Shown: piece by piece, positions 1-13,841 of the stretch
Numbering within the stretch: position 1 is the stretch's first letter
How the letters are laid out: each line of letters begins with the position of its first letter
From: Phoronis australis
Taxonomy: Eukaryota > Animalia > Phoronida
Direction of reading: 5' to 3'
DNA: 64,000 bases
Assembly: GCA_002633005.1 (NCBI GenBank)
Contig: NMRA01000027.1
Coordinates: 753,866 to 817,865, forward strand
Notes under the pieces: model-generated
Seen by the model: the letters and a program-made list of their open reading frames with translations, nothing else
Databases searched by the model: none
Told to the model about the DNA's origin: nothing
Position numbers and translations under genes: made by a program

Positions 1-310
1 ACTTGTATGCTGATCAGCCAGTACTTTTCTACCAAACAGTTCAGTAGCTGGTGCTGGTTCTTGGCCACATTCTATCTGCAGTAGTTACCCTACTGTGCTG
101 TTACAGAAATTTCAGTGTGTTATAGTCTCCTTTATGCTGTTATTTGGTTTTAAAATGTCTTACTGTTTGCCCAATGTTTGGTGTGGGTAATGAAAAAGTT
201 CGGGCAATGAACAATGAAAATGTCTTTACTGTACATGTTTATTGCCACAACAAAAATATATTTGGTATGGTTCTTATTGTCACTAATTCTAATCTAAATC
301 TGCTTGTACT

Positions 311-2546
311 TCATCCAGCTCTTCCTGTTGTTGTTGCTGCCCTTCTAGCTGTTGCTCTAATCTGCTGGACAGCTCCCTCTGCCTTCTTCCGCCTTGCACG
401 GTCACGGGCACTCCGAAGCCATACTCCCAGAAGTTTCACAATGGCTCCTGAATTAAATGCAGATTTATTCAAACTTCCAATAACATAAATCAATACAGTT
501 TAAATTGTAATCATATTGTGAATATGAGACCCAATGCTGGTAATAAACTAAATGTACGTTACCGAACGAACAAAAACTTCGCTTTAGTGTATGGGCCAGT
601 TTGTCCACTTATTTATGATCTATGGTCGAGTGAATGCTATCTCGGATATTGTGCTTGATTTCAAACAACAGAGGTATGGGCCATCATAAACGAAAAGTTA
701 AGATTTTAATTACTGATATCTATGTTGTACTTGAGGGTAAATAAAAAATCTGAGACATATGGCTCGTTGCATTGTTAGTAAAAATTTACCTTTCAAACAC
801 AGTCGTTTCATTTCAGTGAAACAAGTCAAGTGACCCACAAGACCTCAAATCTATGAGTCATTTTTGAAAACCTTTAGTGGACACAACTCAATGCATCCCT
901 TGGCCCAAGTGGAGCAACCCCAGCTCATTGAGAATTTTTACGCATCAATGATGCAGGCGCAGCCTGAAACTATCCCTTCATTCAAAGGAAAACTCCAGGA
1001 TTTCAGATGTTTGGGTACTACTTAATAGGATCTAAAATGAATTTTTAGATAACTTTAGCTAACTGGAAAAATAAATATTTTCCAAATTCTGAGTTTTCCC
1101 GAAAACAGTTATCATGTTACATGAGGTCACTGCCATTTTTAGTAACCAAGTCAACGTATAATGCTGTCTCCTACGTAGCCATTTAATTGAATCACTTGTC
1201 AGTTCCTGTTTGAAATTGTGTTGAACATTTCCTGAAAGCTCTTCAAGCTGTTAACAGTTTTTATATTTTGACACTGAGAATAGATCGAACCCCTAGCAGG
1301 CCTGAATAGGACTTGGTTTACCTGTGGCTGAGTTTCCGTCAGACTGTGGCTTCTTGATTTCAAAGTCTGACTGAGACACTCTCATCAAAGTCATGCATGG
1401 TTTGACTTCAAATACACCAACGTTTCACAAATTTAAACCAGAATCTCCCACAAAATGTTCACGTCATGTATCAAATTTAGATTTCGACAAATTAATTTTC
1501 TGAAGCTAGGAAGACCATAGAATTTCATTCCAGATTTTACATCGGTCTGTCATTAAATGGGTCACGTGACCAGGTATTTTTAGCAAAATTCGGCAAAAAA
1601 TGAAAGGTACATTCACAGCTGAACCAAGTTATCCATACAATGACCATTTAGATTGCAATGTCATGAAAAAAATTTCACAAAAATCACACGCTGACCACAA
1701 GTCAGATATGCATATAACTGGCATCATGATGACCATTTGGTCATTTTGCATTAGCAAAATCATACATAAATTTTATGAGAAACTGTTTTACCAGCTTATT
1801 CTTCAGTGAGAAACTTTGGCTCAGAATTTCCTCCAGTTGGTCGACCTCAGCCATAGCTTTTAGAGGAAAACTGGACAATGGCGTAGCGGTGTCGTCACCA
1901 GCAAAAGAAACTTGTTGTAAGTTTATGAGCTTCCCCAAAAGTTTCTTCTGAATTGCGAAGTCATGAACAAGCTGCTCCACGTTCACCTAGATCTGCGACA
2001 GAGTTACATCTCTCAAGCATACAAGTTAAATCATAAACATAACAATTTTCATGTTGTATAGCAAGCAATGCTATGTTTTGTAGCTAATAAAGTGACATGC
2101 TTTTCCACTCTTCAAAAATTATGTCAAATGTCGGTGACCAATGACCGCATTAACATTTTAAGTACACTAGAAGCAATTCTTTCACAAGCTACACCAAGTT
2201 AAATTCTTAAAACGTTGCTACACGAACTTTAACATACTACAATACTACTTTTGGAAAAGCGTATTGAGTTCACATCGCCAGGTCAAAAATGGCAAACTTC
2301 AAACTAAGATGAAATAAGAACGAAATTGACTATTAGCCAGAAATACACATGTGAACTCCACTTCAACCTCTGAAAACGATAAGCTGTGATCTTGCCTTAT
2401 GTCGCGATTTGATGCTTTGAAAACAACTGGCGTGTTTGGATTTGCTGGATGCTGGTGCCCCACAGGTTGGGATTTCCGTGGAGGGGAAATGGACTCCTCA
2501 TTCACAGAGTCACTAGGGCTGTACCTGGATGGTGCCTTATGTCTAA
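311..2546 (-). pseudogene. Spliced DUF4806-like gene or remnant (candidate exons ~2546-2370, ~1987-1792, ~480-311)
   Basis: The 1987-1792 segment lies between ctag| and |gtaaa and encodes FPLKAMAEVDQLEEIL. The last segment encodes IVKLLGVWLRSARDR..stop. Both resemble DUF4806-type proteins. The exon chain is incomplete. Confidence 0.35.
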
Positions 2547-3424
2547 AATTACAGGATCCAGACTTAATTTAGGGTCAAACTCTTCAACCTACTTTTGAAA
2601 GGTGATCAACCTTGTCTTAATTTAACAGTGTTTCAAGGTTATGGTAATCCCAGATAGGTAACTTCAGAAAAAGCTCAACGTTCGGTTAACTTCCAAGGAA
2701 CATTTACCTCGATCTTTCAGTACATACCTCTCCAGTGCATGTATACTACTTTTGATATTGAGAGTTATGTTATAGAAAAATTGAGATAAGTGCCTGTGGT
2801 TAATCCTGCGTTGTAGCAGTCAATTATCTGAATGCCAAATCTTAGCAATGTTAATTAATTTACACTGTTTGCATTTCAAGTCAGTAAGCTGCTTGACTCA
2901 AAGTAGTCAAAATTCATAAACGATGACTTAATTAATCAGCCGGTGTTGATTAGACATTGTTAGTTAACCAGAGTATTAGGCTATATAATTAAAATATGTA
3001 GGTGATTATCCAGAAGGTACCCATGTTTAAGAAAAATGCTTTAAAGGGTACCTTTTTCGGCATACCGGCGCGTAATGCACGTTACACAGTTAGGCCTTGG
3101 GTATATTTTTCAGCCTTTTTGGCAATAAATGGAGTAAATTGAAGTAAAGGGACCCCTCTTGAAAATGGCTGCCCGGAACCAGTTTACACTGAATAACGGA
3201 CATTACCGTTACTCAGCGATAACTCGAGTGGCAGATCTATAGCAGAGTGGCCTCTCGGTGTGAGCCTGACATCAACAGGGAAATACTGAATGGTCACAGT
3301 TTTCGTTTAGATCAGGATGACCTGTGACTGCGCGGCATTGATGGAACACCAGTCCTCCAGTTTTGATATTGCACGCTAGAGATGCGCTTGGACTACTGCC
3401 TCTTGTTTGTCACTTGTCCACTGT

Positions 3425-3550
3425 ATCTCATGGCGTCATGCCACACCGAGTCGAAAGCTTTTTACACATCTATCAATGGGCACCCGTGCACCAACTCTTG
3501 TCTAATGCCGCTTCACCTTCTGATATCAGTCTAACGATGTGTTCGGTTCC
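3425..3550 (-). mobile_element. LINE reverse transcriptase fragment
   Basis: The minus strand reads IVRLISEGEAALDKSWCTGA../IDV*KAFDSVWHDAMRY. This is the RT D..KAFD.VWH motif with a stop and a frameshift. Confidence 0.65.
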
Positions 3551-3624
3551 TTCTCGCTTTTTTCTATAATCTCTGTCTCGCCGGTTAGAGTGGGCTGTGT
3601 TTGGTTTGGGTATCCATGCACGCT

Positions 3625-3862
3625 AACAGGGGGAGGGGTGGTGGTTTGGGGGGCTCGAACGAAGTGGCGAAGTGGGCAAAAAGGTCCGCCTCAGAGAAAC
3701 AAAAAGTCCGAGAAAACGAGACTAAAATCCACAGGAATTCGGCGTGACAGCACAATTCCTAGGTCTGAACGTAACACCCCGTTTTTAGTCCCCGTGTTTT
3801 TTCAGTAAAAGGTCTACAAATTGAAAAATTCGAGCCTACCTATATTTTAGGCTGGCCGGGGG
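3625..3862. repeat. Dispersed MITE-like repeat, copy 1
   Basis: Reverse-complement match to ~25010-25283, with shared blocks aaaaaggtccgcctcag, cagtaaaaggtct, aaaaattcgagc and taggctgg. Confidence 0.65.
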
Positions 3863-4519
3863 TTCACTCAGTTTTATCCAATGTGTGGTTAATAGCATTG
3901 CTGACCGTCTTACTGGCATGATCGATACCGGCTGGTGGTAGACTACGTACGGAGTGGGCTCTCCGTAGCCTTAAAAAGTTTTCCGAAATGAACAGAATGC
4001 AACTGAAATCACAGAGAAGCAACTGGGTAAATATTTCTTTCAGGGGATACATTTTGAACTGTTGAATCAGACCGTAGCTTAGTTTGGTCATTTAAGACAT
4101 ACATGCAGGCACACGGATAGTGTGGAGGTTCTGGGTATCACTACCACTGTGGGTGCACTTAGCTGTCCGATGAACCTGTTGAGTTGTCTCTGGTAGAACA
4201 CTCAGAGGTCGAAACGTGCCTTTTTTCTTCCTCAGGCTTAAGGTATCTTATGAATTGGTCGACACCAAGTGTTACTAGTAGAATTGAGTCTTTGCTCCAC
4301 GGAGGCCTGTAAAAATTTTCCCCCGAGTTGGTCGTTCGGACAGATCCAGTGCATATCCCTGAACTGCCTCAGTGTAACACCCAGGTTTCCCCCCTTATAC
4401 ATGTAGCATTTGCTAATTTTACAGACAGTGCGCCATTCGTCCGCCAAGCTGTGTTTACAAAGAAAACACGGAAAAAACGGGACGTTGTGGCTTGCCCTGG
4501 TGTAGGCTCGCATGGCATG

Positions 4520-4720
4520 CAAATTACATGGCAACAAGAAATGGCATTCGCTCTCAATAACTCTCATCTCACAACAAGGGCATAATCTCTCTTCTCTTGG
4601 CACAAGGTACTGTCCCTTCATAACTATCAACAAGTGATTAGAACATTGAAATTTCGTCATCATTTTTCTGAGATTAACACTTTTTTAAACTTGAAACATA
4701 ATGTCCTAACATGAGAGTTG
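4520..4720 (-). mobile_element. LINE ORF2 C-terminal fragment (CR1/L2-group)
   Basis: TKFQCSNHLLIVMKGQYLVPREERLCPCC..IESECHFLLPC matches the S.H.L....GR....REER.C..C....E.E.HF...C end of LINE ORF2. Confidence 0.7.
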
Positions 4721-4955
4721 GCTTGTACTTAATGATACACGTTTAACAGCTTTCACTCAAGTAACGCTATTAATATTAACTTTAGGCTTAAAGACTTAAA
4801 AATAGTAATTATTTCGGTTATATTTCATGTGTAATATGTAACGATATATGCCTAGGGTTAGGGATTTCATTAGCGGTTTTCAAGCTCATTGTGCCTATTG
4901 CGGAGAGCCGGGTGACATTTATATGAAATTATCCTCTTACCGAACACGTTCGTAA

Positions 4956-5566
4956 AGGCGAAGGCAACCTTTTTCATGTCATTTTTAGCAAAAATGAGGT
5001 TCGTTGATTATCCCAGACATATTTTTTCACTTATTTACTGCTTTTCGTAATTTAATTAATTACTCGTCGTCTACTCCGGAAGTGACGTTTTGGGAGGGAA
5101 GAATTTCGCGCCAATAAGTTCTTTTCACATAGTGTGACTGTGAGAGTAGTCGAGTCAGTCATTGTTCTACCTCGGTTGTGATAACTTCGGTCGTCGTTTG
5201 CTTTTGCTTACGAGTCAACATGCCACGCTGTTGCTGCGTACTGGGGTGTACTCATTATCGTCTGACGTACAGAGGAAGAACTGTCCCACTTGCCCGAGTG
5301 TACCGCGACACACTCCCTCTGGAGGGTGATCTGAGCACCCAAACTGCTTAGATCCCGCCGTGTGACTCCCTTGCCACACACCTGGCACTTTCTAACTAGC
5401 TCCAATACAAGTCCACAATAAACTTATCAAACTTAGGCTCACCGATCTGTTCATTGGATGACGAACTGTCCTCTTCACTGGGTGTCGAACTGGGCCTGTA
5501 TTCACTCCCACTACTCAACATCGCTGCAGGGCTGCTTACAGGCTCTGGGCTAGAGACAACAGCACA
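4956..5566. mobile_element. Rearranged Kolobok copy: left TIR, THAP start, then an inverted transposase segment
   Basis: 4956-5270 matches 25367-~25680 (TIR, then MPRCCCVLGC). 5271-5566 is the reverse complement of ~26090-26393. Confidence 0.8.
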
Positions 5567-6012
5567 NNNNNNNNNNNNNNNNNNNNNNNNNNNNNNNNNN
5601 NNNNNNNNNNNNNNNNNNNNNNNNNNNNNNNNNNNNNNNNNNNNNNNNNNNNNNNNNNNNNNNNNNNNNNNNNNNNNNNNNNNNNNNNNNNNNNNNNNNN
5701 NNNNNNNNNNNNNNNNNNNNNNNNNNNNNNNNNNNNNNNNNNNNNNNNNNNNNNNNNNNNNNNNNNNNNNNNNNNNNNNNNNNNNNNNNNNNNNNNNNNN
5801 NNNNNNNNNNNNNNNNNNNNNNNNNNNNNNNNNNNNNNNNNNNNNNNNNNNNNNNNNNNNNNNNNNNNNNNNNNNNNNNNNNNNNNNNNNNNNNNNNNNN
5901 NNNNNNNNNNNNNNNNNNNNNNNNNNNNNNNNNNNNNNNNNNNNNNNNNNNNNNNNNNNNNNNNNNNNNNNNNNNNNNNNNNNNNNNNNNNNNNNNNNNN
6001 NNNNNNNNNNNN
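5567..6012. other. Assembly gap (N run)
   Basis: 446 consecutive N. Confidence 1.
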
Positions 6013-6175
6013 CAGGCACTGGTTCGAACCTGCAGGGCCCGTTTATGTTGTCAAGAACACGCTCACGATGGTCGTTGTGCATATTGTCTGTGTCCGACGC
6101 TTCATCGTCACAAAAGATTTTCTAAAATTTCCTCGTCGTTGGAAGGCTCGTCGCTAAAGCTTTCGTAATCCATGT
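6013..6175 (-). pseudogene. KolX-like N-terminal fragment
   Basis: Acidic start MDYESFSDEPSNDEEILE, a frameshift, then GPCRFEPVP. This is similar to the acidic plus YMFEP start of the KolX-like ORF at 26725. Confidence 0.4.
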
Positions 6176-6517
6176 TGGTTTCTGCCTTGTGTGACTGAGG
6201 TTTACCAGCCGAGTTCATTCCTACAACACAGTTGTCTTCCGGACTCGACATCACAGACGCTTATGTAACCGCCTAGTCTGTTTTCAGAATTGACTCGGCT
6301 AAGTCGGAGAAGGTCATTACTGCTGGGCTTATCTAATTAATCACGCTGTGCGGACAGTAACTAGCCCAAGGAACGGGCTCCTGCAATGCTATTCTTTGAG
6401 TTGAAAAGCAGTTGTTTTGGTGTGAAACTATGTCTTTAAGGGTTACTTGTATGTCTTCTCCTGACGATGTTGTCACAGACCTTGCGGAGATGTGATTTAT
6501 TGTAACCTATTTTGTCC

Positions 6518-7365
6518 TGGGTACGGCACGAGCTATGTTGCAGAGTAATGAAAACAAGATGAGCATTGCGAATGATGTCATTTATTATGACGTAAATAGA
6601 AAGAACTGAACAAGACTCTGCAATATGGGCATGGAAAAAACGCCGCCGGCGTGTACAATGAATAGCTCTGACAGATGGAACCAAAACAAAAAAAAAATCC
6701 TGAAGGGCCTAAAGAAAAAGTACAGAACATAAAAATAAAACTTGAAAATACCTAACAGGTAACGGATGTGAGACAAAGACGCCTGGGATCGGGGGTGGGA
6801 AAAATGGACAGAACGAACGTAGGTCTTGTAGACGACGACGTTGGTGGCTGAATGAGCTAGACCACATTGAACCGAACAAAGGAAACATGGGTGACTAACC
6901 AGGTGTGCGTTCAGTAGACGCTAGGACCTACGCTAGGACCTAGCTAAAACCTAGTCAAAGTCACGTGTTCTTATTTAAAATACACGGCAATATCTCAAGA
7001 AATCTCGCGAAGTCTTGCTTTTTAGCGAGGTCCTAGCCCTACTGAACGGGAGGCAGATGTCGCGTAGAGAAATGTATGAATACAAAAGTACATCCTTTTG
7101 GCTATAAATAGCGATGAGTAATGAAAAATAAACCCTAAGGGTTGATATCAAAATAAAGTGACAAATGTCAAAATAATGACGATAAATGCATTTAACAAGT
7201 TAAATTTAATTTATCGTAATCTATTTTGCCCGGGGTACGCCACGAGCTGCTATATTGTTATATTGTAGAGTAAGACAAGATGAGGATTGCGAATAATGTC
7301 ATTTATTATGACGTAAATAGAAAGAACTAAACAAGACTGTGCAAGATGGGCATGGAAAAAACGCC
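6518..7365 (+). repeat. Local ~130-bp direct duplication (6518-6644 and 7232-7365)
   Basis: Both copies share acaagatgag.attgcgaat.atgtcatttattatgacgtaaatagaaagaact.aacaagact...gggcatggaaaaaacgcc. Confidence 0.8.
6902..7048. mobile_element. MITE family B (other copies ~10636-10709, 11195-11349, 53392-53480, 53528-53646, 53651-53779)
   Basis: TIR GTTCAGTA..GCTAGGACC / GGTCCTAGC..TACTGAAC. The core tcacgtgttct.attt.aaatacacggcaatatctc..gcgaagtcttgctttttagcgagg is shared among copies. Confidence 0.75.
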
Positions 7366-9049
7366 ATAATGGCAGTATAGGAATACTGACATCGCCCATC
7401 GATTTCTTCACGAAATGACCCTCTTACCGGATCGTTTTACAATAATGATTTTCACCAAAGTAGCGATATTAATATTAGGGTGATGAAATTAAAATGAGAA
7501 GTATTTTGCTGAATTTCATGTGTCATATAAATGTTAGGATTGTGGATTTTATTAGAGGTTTTCTGGCTCATTTTACATGTTGCGGAGAGATGATATTTAC
7601 ATGAAAAGATCCGAATACCCCGTATGTAATTGGAGGTACATTTCACTGTTATGTTTTCCACTCATTCAACTATATGAATTTTCGGGTTAAAATTCTTCAG
7701 CTGTTTCAGTGCTGATATGTCATGCCACGGAGAGGCATGGTTTACTCACCTAACGATATTTATATTACATAAGGATATGATTATGTAACTTGATGGACAT
7801 GCATTCTACCATAGTTATTATCACTGACAAGACAATAAACATTTTAGGGCTATGGGTTCTCACACCCGTACCAATTACTACGCGATTCTTTTATGCGAAG
7901 ACGGGCGATTTCGGTAGGAAATTACGCTGACATCCGTGCCCTGATGGTTTTCACTCATATGAAGATTATGAATTCAAATTGAATATCAATTTGCGCATGT
8001 CACGGAGTGGGATTTTGCTTACTAAGCAACACTCTGACCAGACATACTTAGTACTGTAATGATGTTGCTGGCTTAATGACGCTATTTATATTAGGGTCTT
8101 ATAATAGGAATATCAAAATGATTATAGTTAAGGATGACTAGTACGGTCATCATTTCCACTCAAGTACTAAGTGTGCGGATTTTACGAGTTCGTCCGGATC
8201 TTCCATTTCGCGGAAAAGTGACTTCTCACTGGAGTTGCAATTAGCACTTCACATTTTTATTCATCGTAGAACTTGTAGGGTAAAATTATGTCACCAGACT
8301 GACCAACCTGGGAGATGTGACCTTTTATATGATGGATCCTGGAGACACACTTCTCCTGCTGGTTGCAATTCATGTTCATTTTTATTCTAGAGTAACCAAT
8401 AGATTGACAAGGTGTTTTTGCTTGATGGGGGTATTGATTTTCTGAGCGAAATTATCCTCAATGCAAACTTCTAATTAGAAATGCCTTCTCCTTTACAGTA
8501 ACGACGGCCACATTTGCAGGGTGGTTTAATTTGAAAAGTTTTTTTAATTTCAGTAGAACCTTTCTTGTTTTTCGTTTATGTTGCTGAGAGGCATTTTTTC
8601 ATTTTAATTCCTTCTATTATATTTTTGAACTGTGATATATTTAAATGTGATTCCATTTACAAAAGAATTTTGCAGCCAAACACGCAAGAAATTGTGCGAC
8701 CGGTTTCATGACTTGGAGTTTTCCTGAATAGCTGATTTGATTTGCACCATTAGTCATTGCATTCGTTCTAATTTTCATGGTGGTTTTGTTGTTACACTTG
8801 TAATTCTTTAATATACTTTCCATCCAGTACAAATCGTTTCTTTCCGTAACTGCTGAACACGTGCACCTCCAGAATCTATCCAATGTCGTAATTCCACCGG
8901 CCAGTCAGTGACAAGATACTTACAGCAAAATGGCATGTAAATGTTCAATGAATATTTAATTCACAAACGTATTGTTCGCAAGGTATATGGTAAAATTTAT
9001 GAATACCTTTCAACTTCGTGAGAGGTTTTGAACAAATACAAATCATAAC

Positions 9050-9208
9050 CAGGGGCGGATCCAGGATTTTTAGTTAGGGGGGCCAGGACAGAGCGTTAGC
9101 CAGGATTTTGCCCTTCAAACATTCGCACCCCCGAACTGACAAATGTAATCTTGGAGAATTTAAGGGGAGGCCATGCCCCCTTGGCCGCACCCTCTAAATC
9201 CGCCACTT
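9050..9208. mobile_element. MITE family A (~150 bp)
   Basis: CAGGGGCGGATCCAGG...AAATCCGCCACT termini. Flanks are ATAAC/ATAAT. Confidence 0.8.
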
Positions 9209-9629
9209 ATAATTACCTTTCACATTACGGATTTAGAACGGCCGGGTCCGTGGAATATTAATCTTTCTCGACCGCAGTAAAAGACCCAAAGCAAAAGGTG
9301 ATTGCGACCAGCAGAAATTTAGGACGAAAGTTAGTACGCTCGAAAGGACCAGATCTGACTAGCGACGAACGAAATTAGTCCGATGACGTAAGGGCAACGC
9401 GCCCTATAAGTTGTCTCGGCCACTTCACGAGAGTGCTGAGCTCTTCCCGCCGGCGCACTCACGGCTCACTACTGTCACTGTACCTCAAAGCCTATTTAAC
9501 AAAAATGTAAGCGTCAAGTGCTTATCGGGCAAAATGGAGATTCTGAGCGGTGGCGATGGGATATAGCGCTTCCTGATTTAGAAACCAGACAATACTGAGT
9601 CACGACGGACCCGTTATTCAGTAAACTGC

Positions 9630-10130
9630 GTATTATCGAAACTCAAACACTATTTTCCCACTCACATCTTACAATTAATACGTAACTCTCCCATTCTATC
9701 TCGACTCACATATGGAATATCTGTTTGGACATTTGGAGATTGCACAAGGTTAAAAATGTTACAAAAAGCTATACGAAATGTCAATTAATCCCCATTTCTT
9801 AGTCACACTCGACTAATTTGTAAGACTTAAGAAATATTACATTATATTGTTTAAATTTTTACTACAAATATATAAACATAATGCTCCCTAGATACTTTCA
9901 CAACATAGATTCATCCAAGAATATCGCCTACTTCGAGAACAACACCATCACAATTTCCCGGTTTTATTACTAATAATACAAACTATTGACCACCATATAC
10001 AATGCCTCTAACGCAAAGAAACAACATAAAACAGATCGTATTACCATTTGCCATATCTTTTGAACCATTGCAATTTTCCGGAATGCGATTTGAATTAGCG
10101 GTAACTCATTCCTTATTAGGTTTTTCTCTC
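9630..10130 (+). mobile_element. LINE (L2/CR1/Crack-type) ORF2 3' fragment
   Basis: KLKHYFPTHILQLIRNSPILSRLTYGISVWTFGDCTRLKMLQKAIRNV, then SHT in degraded sequence. This is typical of the post-RT region of CR1/L2-group ORF2. Confidence 0.7.
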
Positions 10131-10907
10131 TACTTTAAAAATATACTATAAACAAGTATGCTGAAAACTCCCATGTCACAAATTGTTACATATGTTCAAA
10201 TGCTTAGAGATTCTGTGTCAGTCATCTTCAATGCTTTCCGTGCCTGTCAGTATTTTGAAGAAATACCTCTGTGAATTCATATTGCATATACCAGTAGTAG
10301 TTATGATTGTTAACCGGCTTCTAGAGGTTTATACCTTCAAAGTTGGTTGGTAGCCAAACCAGGTTGAACAAAATGTGTTATTGAAATGACAGGAAATACG
10401 AACACAGTGATAGCAGTCATTTTTGTATTCTTGTTTGTTTTTGTGATTTTTCATATAATATTCTCTGTTTCGCATTGTTCATTTGTATCTAGTTAAATAA
10501 AAAGTTCTCTCTCAGTGAAGGAAACTGGTTCTCCTGCAACTGTTCGAAATCGCCACGCCAGTTGAAATTCACTAACCCGCCAGATGGCCTTCAGAGTAGT
10601 TCTCTAGCTGTCTCGCTGCTATAAATATCTAATCAAAGTCACGTGTTCTCATTAGAAATACACGGCAATGTCTCGCGTAATCTCGCAAAGTCCTAACGTT
10701 ACTGAACTCCTCGCTGGTTCTCTACGTGCCTAGCCAGCTGGCTACCACTTAGCGGCACGCAGGGCCCCTGATTCGGAATCAGCGAGTAGTAAACTCTACA
10801 CAGGTCTTGGGATGGACAAGCGTTCAGCGCCACCTTCAGATCTCATGCAATGCGGACGGGAGGTTTCAACTGGTATAAAAAGCGTAAACACCTTTTCTGC
10901 CATTATA

Positions 10908-10976
10908 ATGCCGGCAAATTTCCACTGCTGTGCAGTGGGATGTACCAATGCTTTACGGAAAAGGCAAAACTTTTGA
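10908..10976 (+). pseudogene. THAP domain N-terminal remnant
   Basis: MPANFHCCAVGCTN matches the THAP start M...C.V.GC.N. The domain is truncated. Confidence 0.45.
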
Positions 10977-12828
10977 AATATCGATTGAAATAAATTTGTG
11001 AACTTAACCTAATCAAACAATGGCCGGAGGAGCTGACATCGAAATTTATTCCTCTACGTTTAAATTAATGATCCACTATGTGGTAATTGAATTTCTGTCC
11101 ACCAAATCTGAGTCGGGATTAATCGGAAGTCATCACTTTCGGCCTTCTCTCACTCACTCTGAAGAGTTGGCAATACGAAAAGTCTAAGAGCAGAGTTCAG
11201 CAGCTGTCTCTCAGCTGGAAAAATCTTGCCAACATCACGTGTTCTCTTTTAAAATGCACGGCAATATGTCACTTAATCTTGCGAAGTCTTGCTTTTTAGC
11301 GGACGAGGTCCTGGCGTAGGTCCTATAGCGGCGTTACTGAACTCTACCAAGTTAAAATAACTAAATCTCAACTACTATTCAGTACTCAGTAGAGACCACA
11401 ATATCACCTTTCTTACATAATGGTTTCGTTCATTTCATAAAAGATGACCCAGTGGTCTTTTGTGCTGAGCACAAAGGTGGAACACGTGAACCTAAATTCA
11501 GATGTAGGCGAAAACTTTTGGAAGGTACAGCAGCGTGTTACGAAGCAATCTGATGGAAGACGAAAGGTGAACTCAATGACAAGACTTACAACCAGCTAAA
11601 CGGTGAGCGATGATATCGTTGTAGGTAAATGTACTTCCTACTGGACAGCATGATATAAACTCGGTCACTGATACTCTGTACAATATCCGATCTTTCGGTG
11701 AGTAGTTGTACAGCCAATTGTAAATAGATATTACAAGCCAACACTATAGAATAGCAGTTATATTTCGAGAGCACCAAACTGTCTGTTCCGATAGGGGTCT
11801 TCCCACAGCGTGTTAAAGTGCACACTGTCTGCTTGTACAACCTTCTCCTTGCAGTTGCTGTTTATCGTTTTCAATACGTTCAATTATACCAAGTGCCGAG
11901 TGGTTAAAACATGCTTTGCCCGATTTCACTATTAGATGACAATATTTCTTTGGTACTTTAATGACAGTTGACTTAATCTTTGATTTTGAGGGAAAAGTAT
12001 TTTTAGTATAATATGCTAATTGAAAAAAATACAGGCAATATATGACTTAATTCGGCTATAACTAGCTAAGACGAGCCCACCCTTAAGGCCGGTGTTGGGA
12101 TCGGGGCACTCGGACTCCCCGAACCCCCAACAAAGAATTTTCCCACATTCCTGGAAAATAACACAGCAAGTTATTTAAATGACGTTCACTGAGTCGAATG
12201 CTAATCCCGTACGAACCCGTAGGCTAATCTCCCACCCACATGAAGTTGCCCTGTAACTGTCGTGTTGGCAAAACGCACCCATCTTAAGCGCGGGGGGGTA
12301 ATTGCAATCATCACCAAAAAGCAGTGCATGTCATCTATTTCAGCAACAATAATGAAGGAAATTAGATGCAACAAAAGATATCTCTTAAATTAAAACAATA
12401 AAGATAGTGATGCAACATTTGCAGTGTGAGTGACAAGTTTATTCTTGATTTGCTGCAGAGAGACCCAGTTATTTTCAGTTCTCATAATTACGATACAAAA
12501 TTATTTAAAAAAATGAAAATCGATCCAGATATAATTCGGAAAGCCTGAAATACATACACATTTAATTCCAAAAAAATTAATTCCAACGCAAATAGAAAAA
12601 AATCAAGACGAAAACCTGTGGCTCATACCCCAACTGTTAGCATGGAAAAATACAAGTCAAAAAACAACATACTTCAAACTAGAAAGATTATTGTCACGGC
12701 GTGACAATAACGGACTCTGCGCGTGCGTATTACTGGAATTATTATGGGAAGTTACTGACAGCAACCCGTTTACCAATATGAAAAGGAATTCTTTAAAATT
12801 GTAGGAGAAATTATATATTAATTTTTTG

Positions 12829-13725
12829 ATGACCTTTCCACTAATTGACCTCTTCCGGTGCATTATGAGCCCCGATGAGGGAGTAATTGTTAACTCGATT
12901 AAAAGTGTGGTTAATGCTGATAATCACAACTGTTTTACTTTAAGCACTTCAGAATACAAGATGAATGAAGTGGTCAAACTTTCAGAAGAAAAATGCACCT
13001 AATGACCCCATGGGTGCACCAAATGACCTGAAAATTTAGAATTCAAACTCAATCGCACTTAGTAAACAGATACGTAATTCGGAAGTCTCTAGCTCAAAAT
13101 TTAAGTTTGCACTCAATGACCTTTGACCTATCTTTCTGATTGGTTAGGCCTATTGCAAAGTAAAGTAGGGTATTCAATTGGCATGTTGACTTACAGCAGT
13201 GTGCTGAAATTGAAAAGAATTCCTTGAAAAACGTAAGACATAACATTTTGAACGTTACATGACCTTTGCACTAATTGACCTTATCCGGTGCATTTTAAGC
13301 ATGTTTAGGAGAATTATTGCAAAGCCCATGGAAAATGTGTTTAACGCTGAGAATCACAGTTGTCTAACAGTTGACACATCAGAATACTTGCTGATTGAAA
13401 AGGTCAAATTTTCAGAAGAAACATGCACCTAATGACCCCCTGTTTGCACTAAATGACCTGAAACTTTGGATTCCGATTTGATTTAAGTGTGGCAATCAGA
13501 CCTGTCAATTTGAAGTGTCTAGCTCAAAATTTTAGTTTGCACCTAATGACCTTTGACCTATTTCATCTGATTAAATGACCCGATTACTTAGAAAAGTAAT
13601 TTTTTTAAATTGTCATGGTGACTTATACCTGTGCATCGAATTTGAAAAAGATAGCTTTAAAACTGAAGGAGTAGCATTTTTAAAATTATATGACCTTTGC
13701 ACCAAACGACCTCTCCCGGTGCAAT
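12829..13725. repeat. ~430-bp tandem core repeat (just over 2 units)
   Basis: atgacctttNcacNaa.tgacct...ccggtgca recurs at ~12829, 13259 and 13690, with colinear internal blocks. Confidence 0.8.
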
Positions 13726-13841
13726 ATGGAATATGATTAAATAACCAATCAAAATTTATATACTGTCAAAAGTCATATGCTGAATTTAAAGACCGTACCT
13801 GCACCCAATTTGGAGTTATTAAGCCTCAAAGTTGGTCGGAA

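Noticed and set aside
5396-6125. 228-aa and 223-aa ORFs
   Set aside because: Both are artefacts of translating through the N gap.
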